From NCBI GenBank assembly GCA_018812715.1, contig JAHJCT010000024.1, positions 7,015-71,014 of the forward strand: a DNA stretch of 64,000 nucleotides, read 5' to 3'. Position 1 is the first letter of the stretch. The number at the start of each line of letters is the position of its first letter. Positions 8,171 to 17,731 of this stretch are shown here, piece after piece. Source of the DNA: Candidatus Micrarchaeota archaeon. Its GTDB lineage: Archaea > Micrarchaeota > Micrarchaeia > Anstonellales > Bilamarchaeaceae. The position numbers and the translations under genes are program-made. Below the pieces are notes generated by a model. That model was given only the letters and a program-made list of their open reading frames with translations. It did not search any database and was not told the DNA's origin.

Positions 8171-9700
8171 ATGGCTAAAGACAACGGAGCTAATTTAGGG
8201 TTTGAACAGAAACTCTGGCAGGCAGCAGACAAGATGAGAAACAATATGGACGCTGCCGAATACAAGCATGTAGTCCTTGGCTTGATTTTCCTCAAATATA
8301 TTTCTGATGCTTTTGAAGAGAAGCACAAGAAGCTTCTGGCAGAGAAAGCACAAGGAGCAGATCCCGAAGACCCTGATGAGTACAGGGCTGAAAATATCTT
8401 CTGGGTTCCCAAAGAAGCAAGATGGCATTATCTACAAGATAACGCAAAACAACCAACAGTTGGCAAGCTAATTGATGATGCCATGGATGCAATAGAGCGG
8501 GATAATCCCTCTCTAAAGGTTGTTTTGCCCAAGAATTACGCCCGCCCCGCCCTTGATAAACAACGATTAGGAGAACTAATCGATTTGATAGGAACAATCG
8601 GCTTGGGCGATTCGGAAAACCGCTCAAAGGATATTCTGGGCCGGGTATACGAGTATTTCCTCGGCCAGTTCGCCGATGCTGAAGGAAAGAAAGGAGGCCA
8701 ATTCTATACTCCGAGAAGCATTGTCAAGCTTCTTGTAGAAATGCTTGAACCATATAAAGGAAGGATCTATGACCCCTGCTGCGGCTCAGGCGGCATGTTT
8801 GTTCAGAGTGAAAAATTCATAGAAGCCCATGGTGGAAAACTTGGGGACATTTCCATATATGGGCAAGAGTCCAACCAGACCACCTGGAGATTATGCAAAA
8901 TGAATCTGGCGATCAGAGGCATTGACGCAAATATCCAATGGGGAGATAGTTTTCACAATGACCTTCAGAAGGATCTGAAGGCGGATTTCATCATAGCAAA
9001 TCCTCCGTTCAATGTCAGCGACTGGAAAGGAGAGCTTTTGAGGGATGATGTAAGGTGGAAATACGGGGTTCCACCGTCTGGAAACGCCAACTTCGCATGG
9101 GTCCAGCATTTCGTTCATCATCTATCACCAACAGGAATAGCCGGATTCGTATTGGCTAACGGTTCCATGTCCTCTAATACCTCTGGGGAAGGGGAAATTC
9201 GGAAGAGCCTGATTGAAGCAGATGTAGTGGACTGCATGGTCGCTTTGCCAGGTCAGCTTTTCTATAACACGATGATTCCGGCCTGCCTTTGGTTTACGGC
9301 AAGGGACAAGAAAAACCATAAGTTCAGGGACCGGAGGGGCGAAGTGCTATTCATAGATGCACGAAACATGGGCGTCATGGTCGACCGAAGACATAAGGAG
9401 CTCACAGATGAAGACGTCCAGAAGATCGCTTCAACTTATCATGCCTGGAGAGGCGAAGGGGGCAAGTATGAGGATGTCAAAGGCTTCTGCAAGTCGGCCA
9501 AGCTTGATGAAATAAGGAAGCATGGCTATATCTTGACTCCTGGACGCTATGTCGGTGCTGAGGAAGCAGAAGAGGATACGGAACCTTTCGATGAGAAAAT
9601 GAAGCGGCTGACGGGCGAGCTTTCGGAGCAGTTCAGTAAGTCTAAGGAACTTGAAGATGAAATAAGAAAGAATTTAGACGGGTTAGGGTGGAGAGTGTAA
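8171..9700 (+). CDS. hsdM: Type I RM methyltransferase subunit (m6A)
   Basis: [10 protein letters not shown]-terminus, [19 protein letters not shown]. Confidence 0.97.
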   Translation: MAKDNGANLGFEQKLWQAADKMRNNMDAAEYKHVVLGLIFLKYISDAFEEKHKKLLAEKAQGADPEDPDEYRAENIFWVPKEARWHYLQDNAKQPTVGKLIDDAMDAIERDNPSLKVVLPKNYARPALDKQRLGELIDLIGTIGLGDSENRSKDILGRVYEYFLGQFADAEGKKGGQFYTPRSIVKLLVEMLEPYKGRIYDPCCGSGGMFVQSEKFIEAHGGKLGDISIYGQESNQTTWRLCKMNLAIRGIDANIQWGDSFHNDLQKDLKADFIIANPPFNVSDWKGELLRDDVRWKYGVPPSGNANFAWVQHFVHHLSPTGIAGFVLANGSMSSNTSGEGEIRKSLIEADVVDCMVALPGQLFYNTMIPACLWFTARDKKNHKFRDRRGEVLFIDARNMGVMVDRRHKELTDEDVQKIASTYHAWRGEGGKYEDVKGFCKSAKLDEIRKHGYILTPGRYVGAEEAEEDTEPFDEKMKRLTGELSEQFSKSKELEDEIRKNLDGLGWRV

Positions 9701-9703
9701 AGG

Positions 9704-10618
9704 ATGGAATTAGTGCCTAGGGGGTTATTTAATGAGAGAAAAGGTACTGCACAATCAGGAAAGGATTATTTTACCCGAGATATCAGAACTAAAATCTTAA
9801 TGTTGTTTGATGATTTTGATCTAAACCACTTAGACACTTCTTCTGTTGTAGTAGTAGGCGGAAGTTATCGGAATTCCTGTTTAAGGCTAATGAAATCTAA
9901 GTTAAAATATTTGGTAGACCTGGGACATATTGATAAGTTTGAGGAATTTTTCTTAAGTTGTACTCTTAATGAGCTTCTCTCATGTGTCGAGTTGTATACT
10001 AAATGTATGGAGGAAATAATATCGAGGTATGAACAACATGAACGAACCAAACTATATAGTCGAGGTTATGATACTAGTCAACTCCTAGTAACTTTTGTTA
10101 AATCATTCAATAATTTATTGGCTTACCATAAAATCCCATATCACTTTGTTTACAATGATGTATTAGATAAACTGTTTATTGAAAAACAGTTTAATGAAGT
10201 GGAAGAAGAGGTCAAAGAGAAAATTTACGAAATAATCAAAAATGAGCCCAAGATTAATGAATATTTTACGCAATCTTTAGGGGATTATGCCAAAAGGGAA
10301 TATAAAGTTTCTATAGAAAATGCGTACTTAACTCTAGAAAAATATCTTAAAGTTAAAACCAAAAATCACAACTTGGATGCTGTAAGAAATTTTGTAGAAT
10401 TTCAAAAGAAATACTCATTCAATGAAAAAGGAATATTCTCTGTTAGGCCCGATATAATCAAAAACAAGATTTCGCTAATTTACTCTATTAGAAGCGAACT
10501 AAAATCCCATTCCGATAGGGAAACTTTTGATACTAATAAATTTTTGGAAGAGACAGCTAAGTTCCAATTAAACGAAGTTATGAATTGTATACTTATATTA
10601 GAGGACTTGAGTAAATGA
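9704..10618 (+). CDS. AbiJ-N/HEPN-like protein inserted in the type I RM operon
   Basis: N-terminal LFNERKG; C-terminal AYLTLEKYLK...IRSELKSH (Rx5H); much more AT-rich than hsdM. Confidence 0.55.
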   Translation: MELVPRGLFNERKGTAQSGKDYFTRDIRTKILMLFDDFDLNHLDTSSVVVVGGSYRNSCLRLMKSKLKYLVDLGHIDKFEEFFLSCTLNELLSCVELYTKCMEEIISRYEQHERTKLYSRGYDTSQLLVTFVKSFNNLLAYHKIPYHFVYNDVLDKLFIEKQFNEVEEEVKEKIYEIIKNEPKINEYFTQSLGDYAKREYKVSIENAYLTLEKYLKVKTKNHNLDAVRNFVEFQKKYSFNEKGIFSVRPDIIKNKISLIYSIRSELKSHSDRETFDTNKFLEETAKFQLNEVMNCILILEDLSK

Positions 10619-11940
10619 AGAACACACATCTAAAAGAAACCGAAATCGGAGAAATCCCTGAAGAGTGGCAATTGAAAAGGGTAGATGAGATTGCAGTCAT
10701 AAACGAAGCTGCTGTAGGTAAAAAATATCAATGTGAAGAAATTGAGTATATAGATATAGATTCTGTAGAAGAAGGCCAAATAAAAACTGTTAAAAAAATG
10801 AAATTGGCAGAAGCACCGAGCAGAGCAAAACGAATTGTTAAGAAAAACGACATTTTGATCTCCACAGTAAGGCCCAATCTGAAGCATTATGCCTTTATCT
10901 CAGCAGCAAAACCAAATACGGTAGCTTCCACTGGATTTGCAGTAATATCCGCAAAAGGCATAGACCCGAGGTTTCTCTATTATTGTTTAACTACGCAGAA
11001 ATATACGAATTACCTTTCTGCGATTGCAGATGCGCATACCTCAACATACCCTTCATTTAACCCAGATATTATAGAGAATTCAAATATTCCTTATCCGCCC
11101 ATTCCAGAACAACATATCATCGCCAAAATCCTTTCCGATTTGGACGCCAAAATCGAACTAAACCGCCAAATGAACCAAACCTTGGAACAAATCGGTGAGG
11201 CCCTTTTCAAGCGCTGGTTCGTTGATTTCGAATTCCCTAATGAGGAAGGCAAGCCGTACAAATCAAGCGGCGGGGAGATGGTGGATTCGGAGCTGGGGGA
11301 GATACCAAAGGGGTGGAATGCGAGTAAATTGGGGGAACACGTATCTATGGTTAGGGGTTGTTCTTATTCTAGTGCAGGATTAAAGGATTCGGAAAATGCT
11401 TTAGTTACGTTGAAATCAATTGAACGTGGAGGCGGATTCAAGACTGAGGGATTCAAGCCCTATATTGGTGAGTTTAAGGATAAGCATATTGTAAAAAACG
11501 GTGAAATAATTGTAGCACACACTGATTTAACACAAAATGCCGAAGTTCTTGGTAAGCCTGCGATAGTTCGGGAAGTACCTTATTTCAATAAATTAATCGC
11601 ATCCATGGATTTAGGGATTATTAGGCCAACTGACGATAGGGCATCTAATCCATTTTTGTACTATCTTTTGAAGTCTGATCAATTCCAAAATCATGCCTAT
11701 GGGTATGCGAGTGGAACAACAGTATTGCATCTAAGCAGTAAAGCCATTCCTGATTTTCAATTTATTTTGGCGAGAAAAGAAGTAATCACCCGTTTTACTC
11801 AAATCGTAGAAAAGTTAACTATGAAAATTCAGTACAACTTTTCAGAAGCAGAAAATCTTGAAAAGATTCGAGATACCCTCCTCCCAAAGCTCATGTCCGG
11901 ACAGATAAGGGTAAAAATCCCCAAAGAGAGTGCTAACTGA
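10615..11940 (+). CDS. hsdS: Type I RM specificity subunit
   Basis: GEIPEEW/GEIPKGW repeats, [21 protein letters not shown] central region, [12 protein letters not shown]-terminus. Confidence 0.96.
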   Translation: MKNTHLKETEIGEIPEEWQLKRVDEIAVINEAAVGKKYQCEEIEYIDIDSVEEGQIKTVKKMKLAEAPSRAKRIVKKNDILISTVRPNLKHYAFISAAKPNTVASTGFAVISAKGIDPRFLYYCLTTQKYTNYLSAIADAHTSTYPSFNPDIIENSNIPYPPIPEQHIIAKILSDLDAKIELNRQMNQTLEQIGEALFKRWFVDFEFPNEEGKPYKSSGGEMVDSELGEIPKGWNASKLGEHVSMVRGCSYSSAGLKDSENALVTLKSIERGGGFKTEGFKPYIGEFKDKHIVKNGEIIVAHTDLTQNAEVLGKPAIVREVPYFNKLIASMDLGIIRPTDDRASNPFLYYLLKSDQFQNHAYGYASGTTVLHLSSKAIPDFQFILARKEVITRFTQIVEKLTMKIQYNFSEAENLEKIRDTLLPKLMSGQIRVKIPKESAN

Positions 11941-14900
11941 TGGATCACGCTATAACCGAATCAGAAACCGAAGAACTTGCCCTTCAGACACTCGCAAAGC
12001 TGGGCTACAAGGTGATTTTTGGTCCGAATATAGCTCCAGACGGCCCAAACCCAGAAAGGGGTTCATATTCCGATGTTGTGCTTGTCGAAAGGCTCAAGGC
12101 AGCAGTTCAGAAGATAAACCCGACCATTCCAGCCGAAGTCCGGGAAGAGGCGATAAAGAAGGTCCTCAGGACAGAAAGCCCGAAGCTCATAGTCAATAAC
12201 CACAATTTCCACAAAATGCTTGTTGAGGGCGTAAACGTAGAATACCGTCAAAAAGGCGCCATCAGAGGAGACAAGGTCTGGCTTTTTGATTACAAGAGGC
12301 CGGAAAACAACGAATTTCTTGCAGTCAACCAGTTTACAGTCATAGAAAACAACAACAACCGCAGGCCAGACATCGTTTTATTCGTGAACGGGCTTCCTTT
12401 GGTAGTAATCGAACTGAAAAATCCTGCTGACGAAAACGCAACCATAAGAACTGCCTTTAACCAGTTTCAGACATACAAGGTCCAGATCCCATCATTGTTC
12501 AGTTATAACGCATTTCTGATTATCAGCGATGGCTTTGACGCCCGGGCAGGAACGATTACCTCCGAATGGGAACGCTTCATGCCCTGGAAAACGATTGAGG
12601 GCAAAGCCAAGGCCCCTATCACCTCTCCATTGATGGAGGTTCTTATCCTTGGAATGTTCAACAAACCATTTTTCCTAGATCTTATCCGCCATTTCATCGT
12701 ATTCGAAAAGGAACACCACAAATATTCTAAGAAACTCGCTGCATACCATCAATACCATGCAGTAAATCGGGCCATTGGATCAACCCGAGGCGCTCTCAAA
12801 GGGGATAAACGGTGCGGCATTGTATGGCATACCCAAGGCTCAGGAAAGAGCCTTACTATGGCCTTCTACACTGGGAAGCTCATCCTTGCCCTGGATAACC
12901 CCACAATAGTCGTCCTTACTGACCGTAATGATCTTGACGACCAGCTTTTCCAGACTTACAGCAGATGCCAGGAGTTGCTCAGGCAGAAGCCAGTCCAGGC
13001 CGAATCAAGAAAAAGCCTTAAAACCCTGCTTAAAGTTGCATCTGGCGGCGTTGTCTTTACTACAATCCAGAAATTCTTCCCTGAAGGCAAAGGAGACAAA
13101 TTCCCGCTTCTATCTGAACGGCGCAATATCGTTGTAATCGCAGACGAGGCCCATAGGAGCCAGTATGACTTTATCGATGGTTTTGCCAAGCATATGAGGG
13201 ACGCTCTTCCGAATGCTTCTTTCATAGGATTTACCGGAACCCCGATTGAAAAGGCGGATAGAAGCACTCCGGCGGTTTTTGGGAACTGTATTGACATTTA
13301 CGATATAGAACAGGCAGTTACAGATGGCAACACAGTCAGGATTTTCTACGAAAGCAGGCTCGCAAAGCTTGAACTCAAGGAAACTGAAAGGCCAAAAATA
13401 GATCCTGAGTTTGAGGAAATTACCGAAGGGGAAGAGGTCTCCCATAAGGAACGGTTGAAAAGCAAATGGGCCAGGCTTGAAGCCGTCGTTGGAAGTGAAA
13501 AGAGAATAAAACGCATAGCAAAGGATATTGTTACTCATTTTGAGAAACGGCAGGAAATCCTCGAAGGAAAAGGAATCATAGTGGCTATGAGCCGTAGAAT
13601 TTGTATTGACCTTTATAAGGAAATTAGAAAGCTGAGGCCGGAATGGTGCCACAAAGACGATGAAAATGGCAGTCTAAAGGTAATCATGACTGGCTCGGCA
13701 ACCGATCCGGTGAGTTGGCAAGAGCACATTAGGAATACTACCAGGAGACGTGCTCTGGGCGACCGTTTCAAGAATCCTGAAGATCCAATAAAGCTTGTCA
13801 TTGTAAGGGACATGTGGCTTACTGGCTTTGATGTGCCAAGCCTTCATACGATGTACCTTGACAAACCTATGCGGGGACATGGGCTGATGCAGGCAATAGC
13901 CAGAGTAAACCGTGTATTCAGGGACAAGCCCGGTGGGCTGATTGTTGATTACATAGGAGTTGCTGACGACCTTCGAAAGGCGTTGTCTGAATATACTGAA
14001 AGCGGAGGAAAAGGAAAACCTGTCTTTGATCAGGAAGAAGCAGTTGCGGCGATGCTGGAGAAATACGAAATAGTAACTTCAATGCTCCATGGCTTCGAAT
14101 ACCAGCGCTTTTTCAAGGCAGGAACAAGCCAAAAGATGTCAATTATCCTTGAAGCAGAAGAATTTGTATCAATGCAACCTGAAGGCAAAGAGCGCTTCAT
14201 AAAAAACGTTTCCCTTCTTTCCAAGGCCTTTGCACTGGCCGCTCCTCATGAAGAAGCACTCAAGTTAAGGGATGACCTTGCATTTTTCCAAGCCGTTAAA
14301 GCAAGGCTTTCTAAATTCAGGGAAATGGCTGGTAAGCCAGAGGAAGAACTTGACACCGCAATACGGCAGATTGTATCAAAAGCCATAGTGTCCGATAAAG
14401 TCGTTGATATCTTCCAGGCGGCAGGGCTAAGAAAACCTGATATTTCAATACTTTCAGATGAGTTTTTAGCCGAAGTCAAAGGGATGAGACATAAAAACCT
14501 AGCCTTTGAACTGCTGAAAAAGTTGCTAAATGACGAACTTAACTCCAGAAGCAGGAAAAATCTTATCCAATCCCGTTCATTTGCAGCTTTGCTGGAAAAG
14601 ACCATCAAGAAATATCAAACCAGGGCTATCGATTCAGCAGAAATCATTGAGGAGTTAATAGACCTTGCCAAGGATATACGGGAAGCCGATAAACGGGGGG
14701 AAGAATTAGGGCTTTCTTCTGATGAAATTGCGTTTTATGATGCGCTTGAAGTCAATGATAGCGCAGTAAAGGTTCTTGGCGATGAAACGCTTAGAACGAT
14801 TGCCCGCGAACTTGTGAAAATGGTCAAAGCTAACGCAAGCATAGACTGGACTTTGAGGGAGAATGTCAAGGCCGCTATGCGGGTTGCCGTAAAACGCATA

Positions 14901-15002
14901 CTTAGGAAATATGGTTATCCCCCTGATAAGCAGGAGTCAGCGACTCAGACAGTCATTAAACAGGCTGAACTTCTTGCGGACAGCTGGACCGTTGGAGCAT
15001 AA
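11940..15002 (+). CDS. hsdR: Type I RM restriction subunit
   Basis: RRPD..ELK nuclease motif, [26 protein letters not shown]. Confidence 0.97.
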   Translation: MDHAITESETEELALQTLAKLGYKVIFGPNIAPDGPNPERGSYSDVVLVERLKAAVQKINPTIPAEVREEAIKKVLRTESPKLIVNNHNFHKMLVEGVNVEYRQKGAIRGDKVWLFDYKRPENNEFLAVNQFTVIENNNNRRPDIVLFVNGLPLVVIELKNPADENATIRTAFNQFQTYKVQIPSLFSYNAFLIISDGFDARAGTITSEWERFMPWKTIEGKAKAPITSPLMEVLILGMFNKPFFLDLIRHFIVFEKEHHKYSKKLAAYHQYHAVNRAIGSTRGALKGDKRCGIVWHTQGSGKSLTMAFYTGKLILALDNPTIVVLTDRNDLDDQLFQTYSRCQELLRQKPVQAESRKSLKTLLKVASGGVVFTTIQKFFPEGKGDKFPLLSERRNIVVIADEAHRSQYDFIDGFAKHMRDALPNASFIGFTGTPIEKADRSTPAVFGNCIDIYDIEQAVTDGNTVRIFYESRLAKLELKETERPKIDPEFEEITEGEEVSHKERLKSKWARLEAVVGSEKRIKRIAKDIVTHFEKRQEILEGKGIIVAMSRRICIDLYKEIRKLRPEWCHKDDENGSLKVIMTGSATDPVSWQEHIRNTTRRRALGDRFKNPEDPIKLVIVRDMWLTGFDVPSLHTMYLDKPMRGHGLMQAIARVNRVFRDKPGGLIVDYIGVADDLRKALSEYTESGGKGKPVFDQEEAVAAMLEKYEIVTSMLHGFEYQRFFKAGTSQKMSIILEAEEFVSMQPEGKERFIKNVSLLSKAFALAAPHEEALKLRDDLAFFQAVKARLSKFREMAGKPEEELDTAIRQIVSKAIVSDKVVDIFQAAGLRKPDISILSDEFLAEVKGMRHKNLAFELLKKLLNDELNSRSRKNLIQSRSFAALLEKTIKKYQTRAIDSAEIIEELIDLAKDIREADKRGEELGLSSDEIAFYDALEVNDSAVKVLGDETLRTIARELVKMVKANASIDWTLRENVKAAMRVAVKRILRKYGYPPDKQESATQTVIKQAELLADSWTVGA

Positions 15003-15005
15003 ATT

Positions 15006-15075
15006 GCCGTATTTGATGCCGTAATTTACTGGCGATTTTACCTAAAATTACGGTCAAAAATTTGGCCGTAAATTT
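15006..15075. repeat. Cluster of four CCGTA(A)(A)TTT repeats (one inverted)
   Basis: Copies at 15006, 15018, 15045 (inverted) and 15065 in the convergent intergenic gap. Confidence 0.5.
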
Positions 15076-15132
15076 CTCAAGAATTGAGGAATTATGCCCC
15101 AATTCGCTTATTTTTGCATTATTAGCGATTCA

Positions 15133-16074
15133 TTATTTTGTGCTGAGCTGGGAGATGATGCCTGGGAGCTCGTTTCTGGTAATGGTTTTTCCGAATTTTT
15201 CGTAGTTTCGTTTTTCCCTCCAGCCAGTTACTACTATGTAGAAATCTGAGTACTGGGCCCTTACTGCATCAAACTTGGCTATATGGGCCTCATTGGAATA
15301 GCCCCTGAAATTTTCCCCAGTTTCCACTTCAAAAGCGATTTTTTCCTTTTTGATTGAAACAACGATATCTCCCGGCTGGGTGGTCTTCATATCAACTGTT
15401 TTGAAACGCTCCTTCAGCATATAGTAAATCATCCAACAAAAGAAGGCATGTCTCGGGCTCTCCCTATTCCTCCTTTTCACCAAATGCCAGGCAGAACCTC
15501 CAAACTGTCCTAAACGGTCCTTATGGAGAGCATAGCCATTCTCTACCAAGTACGTTATCTCCTCTTCAGTCAGGCCGTCTTTCTGGTAAATCCCCTTCTT
15601 CAAGTCAATCTTTGGCACAGACTTTTTTTCAACCGGATTCTGAGGCCTTGGCGTCTCCTTTGGATGGGTCGTTATTATCTCATGAAGTTTCTCGGAGGAC
15701 TTGACAAAGAACTTGTGGGAATCGTGCTCAGTAATGACCAAGCCAAAGCCACTCGGAGCTGTAAGAAGATAGTTTTTGGCCGGATCATTGAGCTTGAGGG
15801 TATTAGAAATCAGGTCTATATTCGTGGGATTCTGCCTCATCAATATCTTAACCGAGGCAGTATTGAGGATGGAACGTCCCGCCTTGCTTCTTAGCAAATC
15901 CTCAATCTCCTGGGTGATAAAGCCTATCGAGGCATTGAACTTCCTTGAGGTCTTCACAAAATCAAGGATATATCCGGCGGCCTCTCCGTTTACAAGGGCA
16001 TGGTCCCGGCTAACGTCAAAGGAGGGGGTCAGGAGATTTCTGAAATCGTCATCCGATATGTCCTCTTCCTCGGG
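15133..16074 (-). pseudogene. VirB4-like ATPase remnant with C-terminal PD-(D/E)xK-like domain; start and Walker motifs deleted
   Basis: Open frame PEEEDISDDDFRNLLTPSFDVSRDHALVNG|EAAGYILDFVKTSRKFNASIGFITQEIEDLL...ILNTASVKILMRQ, then ESPRH...GDIVV...IAFEVETG. Confidence 0.75.
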
Positions 16075-17030
16075 CCATAGACGTCAAGGATGGCATTATC
16101 GACGTCCCTTCCGCTGAGGTGGACATAGACGCTGGCCATATCCGAGCCCTGAACCCAGCCGAAATACTCCTTCATCTGGGCCTCGGTAAGCTTGTTGGCC
16201 AGGGCGGTGGCCCTGGAATGGCGGAAAAGGTGTGGTGTGATCTTCTTCTTGATGCCCGCTTTTACGGCTACGTCGCAGATAATCCGTTTGGTAACCGAAT
16301 AATGGAGCGGAAGCGTGTCCATCGCCTTACGGTCCAGGTATCTTGACCAGAGATAGGCCTCAGGGTCATCCTTGTAGGGGTGGAAATCCATCCAGAGGGC
16401 AAGGGCCGGGGCAGAAGCGACTAGCCTTATCCTCCGGTCCCCAGTCTTGCCAGTAACCCTTATTATGGCCCCAAAATCGTCGAATTCGACGTTTTTTAGC
16501 TGGATTGTGAGCAATTCCATTATCCTGCATCCGCTCTCATAGAGGACCTGAATCATAGCCTTATCCCGGGGCTTGGTGGCAGCATCGGCCATCCGCTTTA
16601 TCTCATCCTCGGAGATAAGCTCTTCGGGAAGCTTGACCAGGCGCTCCTTGACATGGCACTTAATCCAGCGGACTTCATCTGGATAATCCTCGTCGTTGCC
16701 CTTGAACCATTTGAAGAACCTCTTGATGAGAATCTTCCGGTCAGCCTTGGTCCAGGCCTTCAAATCGCTAGTCTCGACCTTTCCCACGAGCTCCAGAAGG
16801 TCCTTCTTCGTAACCTTGGCAAATGGTTTTCCGAAATTACGGGAGAACCAGCTCAGATTACCGAGGTATTTGAGCCTCCTCAGCCTTCCCAGCCCGATAG
16901 AGGCAATATAGGAGTCGAACTCCAGAATCAGCTTCTTATTCGCTGGAATGACGCTTTTATCATTCCGCAATGACTCCAGCCGGGTCTCTAGCCTTCGGGC
17001 CGTATTCTTCAAATCACACTTCACATCCAT
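16029..17030 (-). CDS. Tyrosine recombinase/integrase (C-terminal tail probably replaced by deletion)
   Basis: ESGCR, GKTG, HLFRH, FGW, VYVH catalytic set; AAGGTG RBS before MDVK; alternative start at 17069. Confidence 0.93.
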   Translation of the reverse strand: MDVKCDLKNTARRLETRLESLRNDKSVIPANKKLILEFDSYIASIGLGRLRRLKYLGNLSWFSRNFGKPFAKVTKKDLLELVGKVETSDLKAWTKADRKILIKRFFKWFKGNDEDYPDEVRWIKCHVKERLVKLPEELISEDEIKRMADAATKPRDKAMIQVLYESGCRIMELLTIQLKNVEFDDFGAIIRVTGKTGDRRIRLVASAPALALWMDFHPYKDDPEAYLWSRYLDRKAMDTLPLHYSVTKRIICDVAVKAGIKKKITPHLFRHSRATALANKLTEAQMKEYFGWVQGSDMASVYVHLSGRDVDNAILDVYGPRKRTYRMTISEIS

Positions 17031-17061
17031 CACCTTCGTTTCCAGTCTTTTTACCGTTTTA

Positions 17062-17075
17062 TGCAACATATTGCA
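17062..17075. promoter_or_regulatory. 14-bp palindrome copy 3 (TGCAACATATTGCA) upstream of the integrase
   Basis: One mismatch from TGCAACATGTTGCA. Confidence 0.65.
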
Positions 17076-17182
17076 CGAAAGGCGAGGATGCGATCCGCCA
17101 AAACGGCGTATCGGCCCAGGAACCCGCAGCCTGTTATAAAAAGCGGCGGCGTGTTGCCTAGGGAGTTGCGTTAAAAGAATAA

Positions 17183-17422
17183 AGCCGGGTAAGGGAGTTG
17201 TTCAAACTTCTGATCGATGTGCCTTTTGATCAAACTTTTGGCATTTGTTTACACAGGTCAAAAGTTTGTTGAACCCCTCTATGCCGCTTTCTACCCCCAG
17301 TTTTTGGGGCGCCTTTCCCGATTGAAACAAAGTTTCAATGGGCACCTTGAACGCAAAGCGTTCAATTGTGTTCCTAAAAAGGTGCACTGCAGGCGGCCGC
17401 ATAGCCGATCTGCCAACCCGGC
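17183..17422 (-). tRNA. tRNA-Cys(GCA) with two introns: 37/38 (17289-17386, 98 nt) and T-loop (~17197-17267, 71 nt)
   Basis: Spliced form GCCGGGT TG GCAGATCGGCTATGC G GCCGC CTGCAGA GCGGC ATAG AGGGG TTCAACT CCCTT ACCCGGC T is a full cloverleaf; CTGC/GTAG and TTCA/TGAA form BHB-like central helices. Confidence 0.9.
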
Positions 17423-17533
17423 TTGTGTGTAATTAAAGAAAGTTGCATTTTTAAATGATATCAGGCAAAGTCTCATAACATTTCTGAACTTGTTTCAGGA
17501 AAATAAACCAACCTTAGAATGACATAAGGAAAT

Positions 17534-17647
17534 GGGCCCGTAGCTCAGCTTGGTAGAGCGTCGGACTTTTAATCCGCAGGTCGAGGGTTCGAATCCAAGC
17601 TTTTGAAAAAGCTTGATCAAAACTTGGCGTTTATCCCTCCGGGCCCG
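17534..17647 (+). tRNA. tRNA-Lys(TTT) with a 40-nt T-loop intron (59/60; 17594-17633)
   Basis: GGGCCCG TA GCTCAGCTTGGTAGAGC G TCGGA CTTTTAA TCCGC AGGTC GAGGG TTCGAA[intron]T CCCTC CGGGCCC G; relaxed BHB with a CCAAG/CTTGG intron helix. Confidence 0.93.
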
Positions 17648-17731
17648 ATCTTCTTTTCTTTTGAAACTTGTTTCAATCTAAGACCCCACCTTATTATGAA
17701 ATATAAACTTTTGTCAGCATATTTGTTGGTA

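Larger units (their letters stand above)
3918..17195. mobile_element. Decayed integrative (conjugative-type) element in tRNA-Cys
   Basis: 15-bp direct repeats; integrase next to the tRNA; VirB4 and VirB2-like genes; type I RM cargo; integrase/hsdM/hsdR visibly GC-richer than the backbone. Confidence 0.88.

Noticed and set aside
15006-15075. Possible mini-CRISPR
   Set aside because: Repeats are only 9-11 bp, irregularly spaced, and one is inverted; no cas genes. No CRISPR array was seen anywhere in the window.
16029-17195. SSV1-type split integrase
   Set aside because: att lies upstream of the gene, not inside it; all catalytic motifs are in one ORF
17202-17476. Three 61-71-aa ORFs
   Set aside because: They overlap the intron-containing tRNA-Cys
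17603-17731. N-terminal extension of the hydrolase ORF
   Set aside because: Starts inside the tRNA-Lys intron; the TATA box supports ATG 17732
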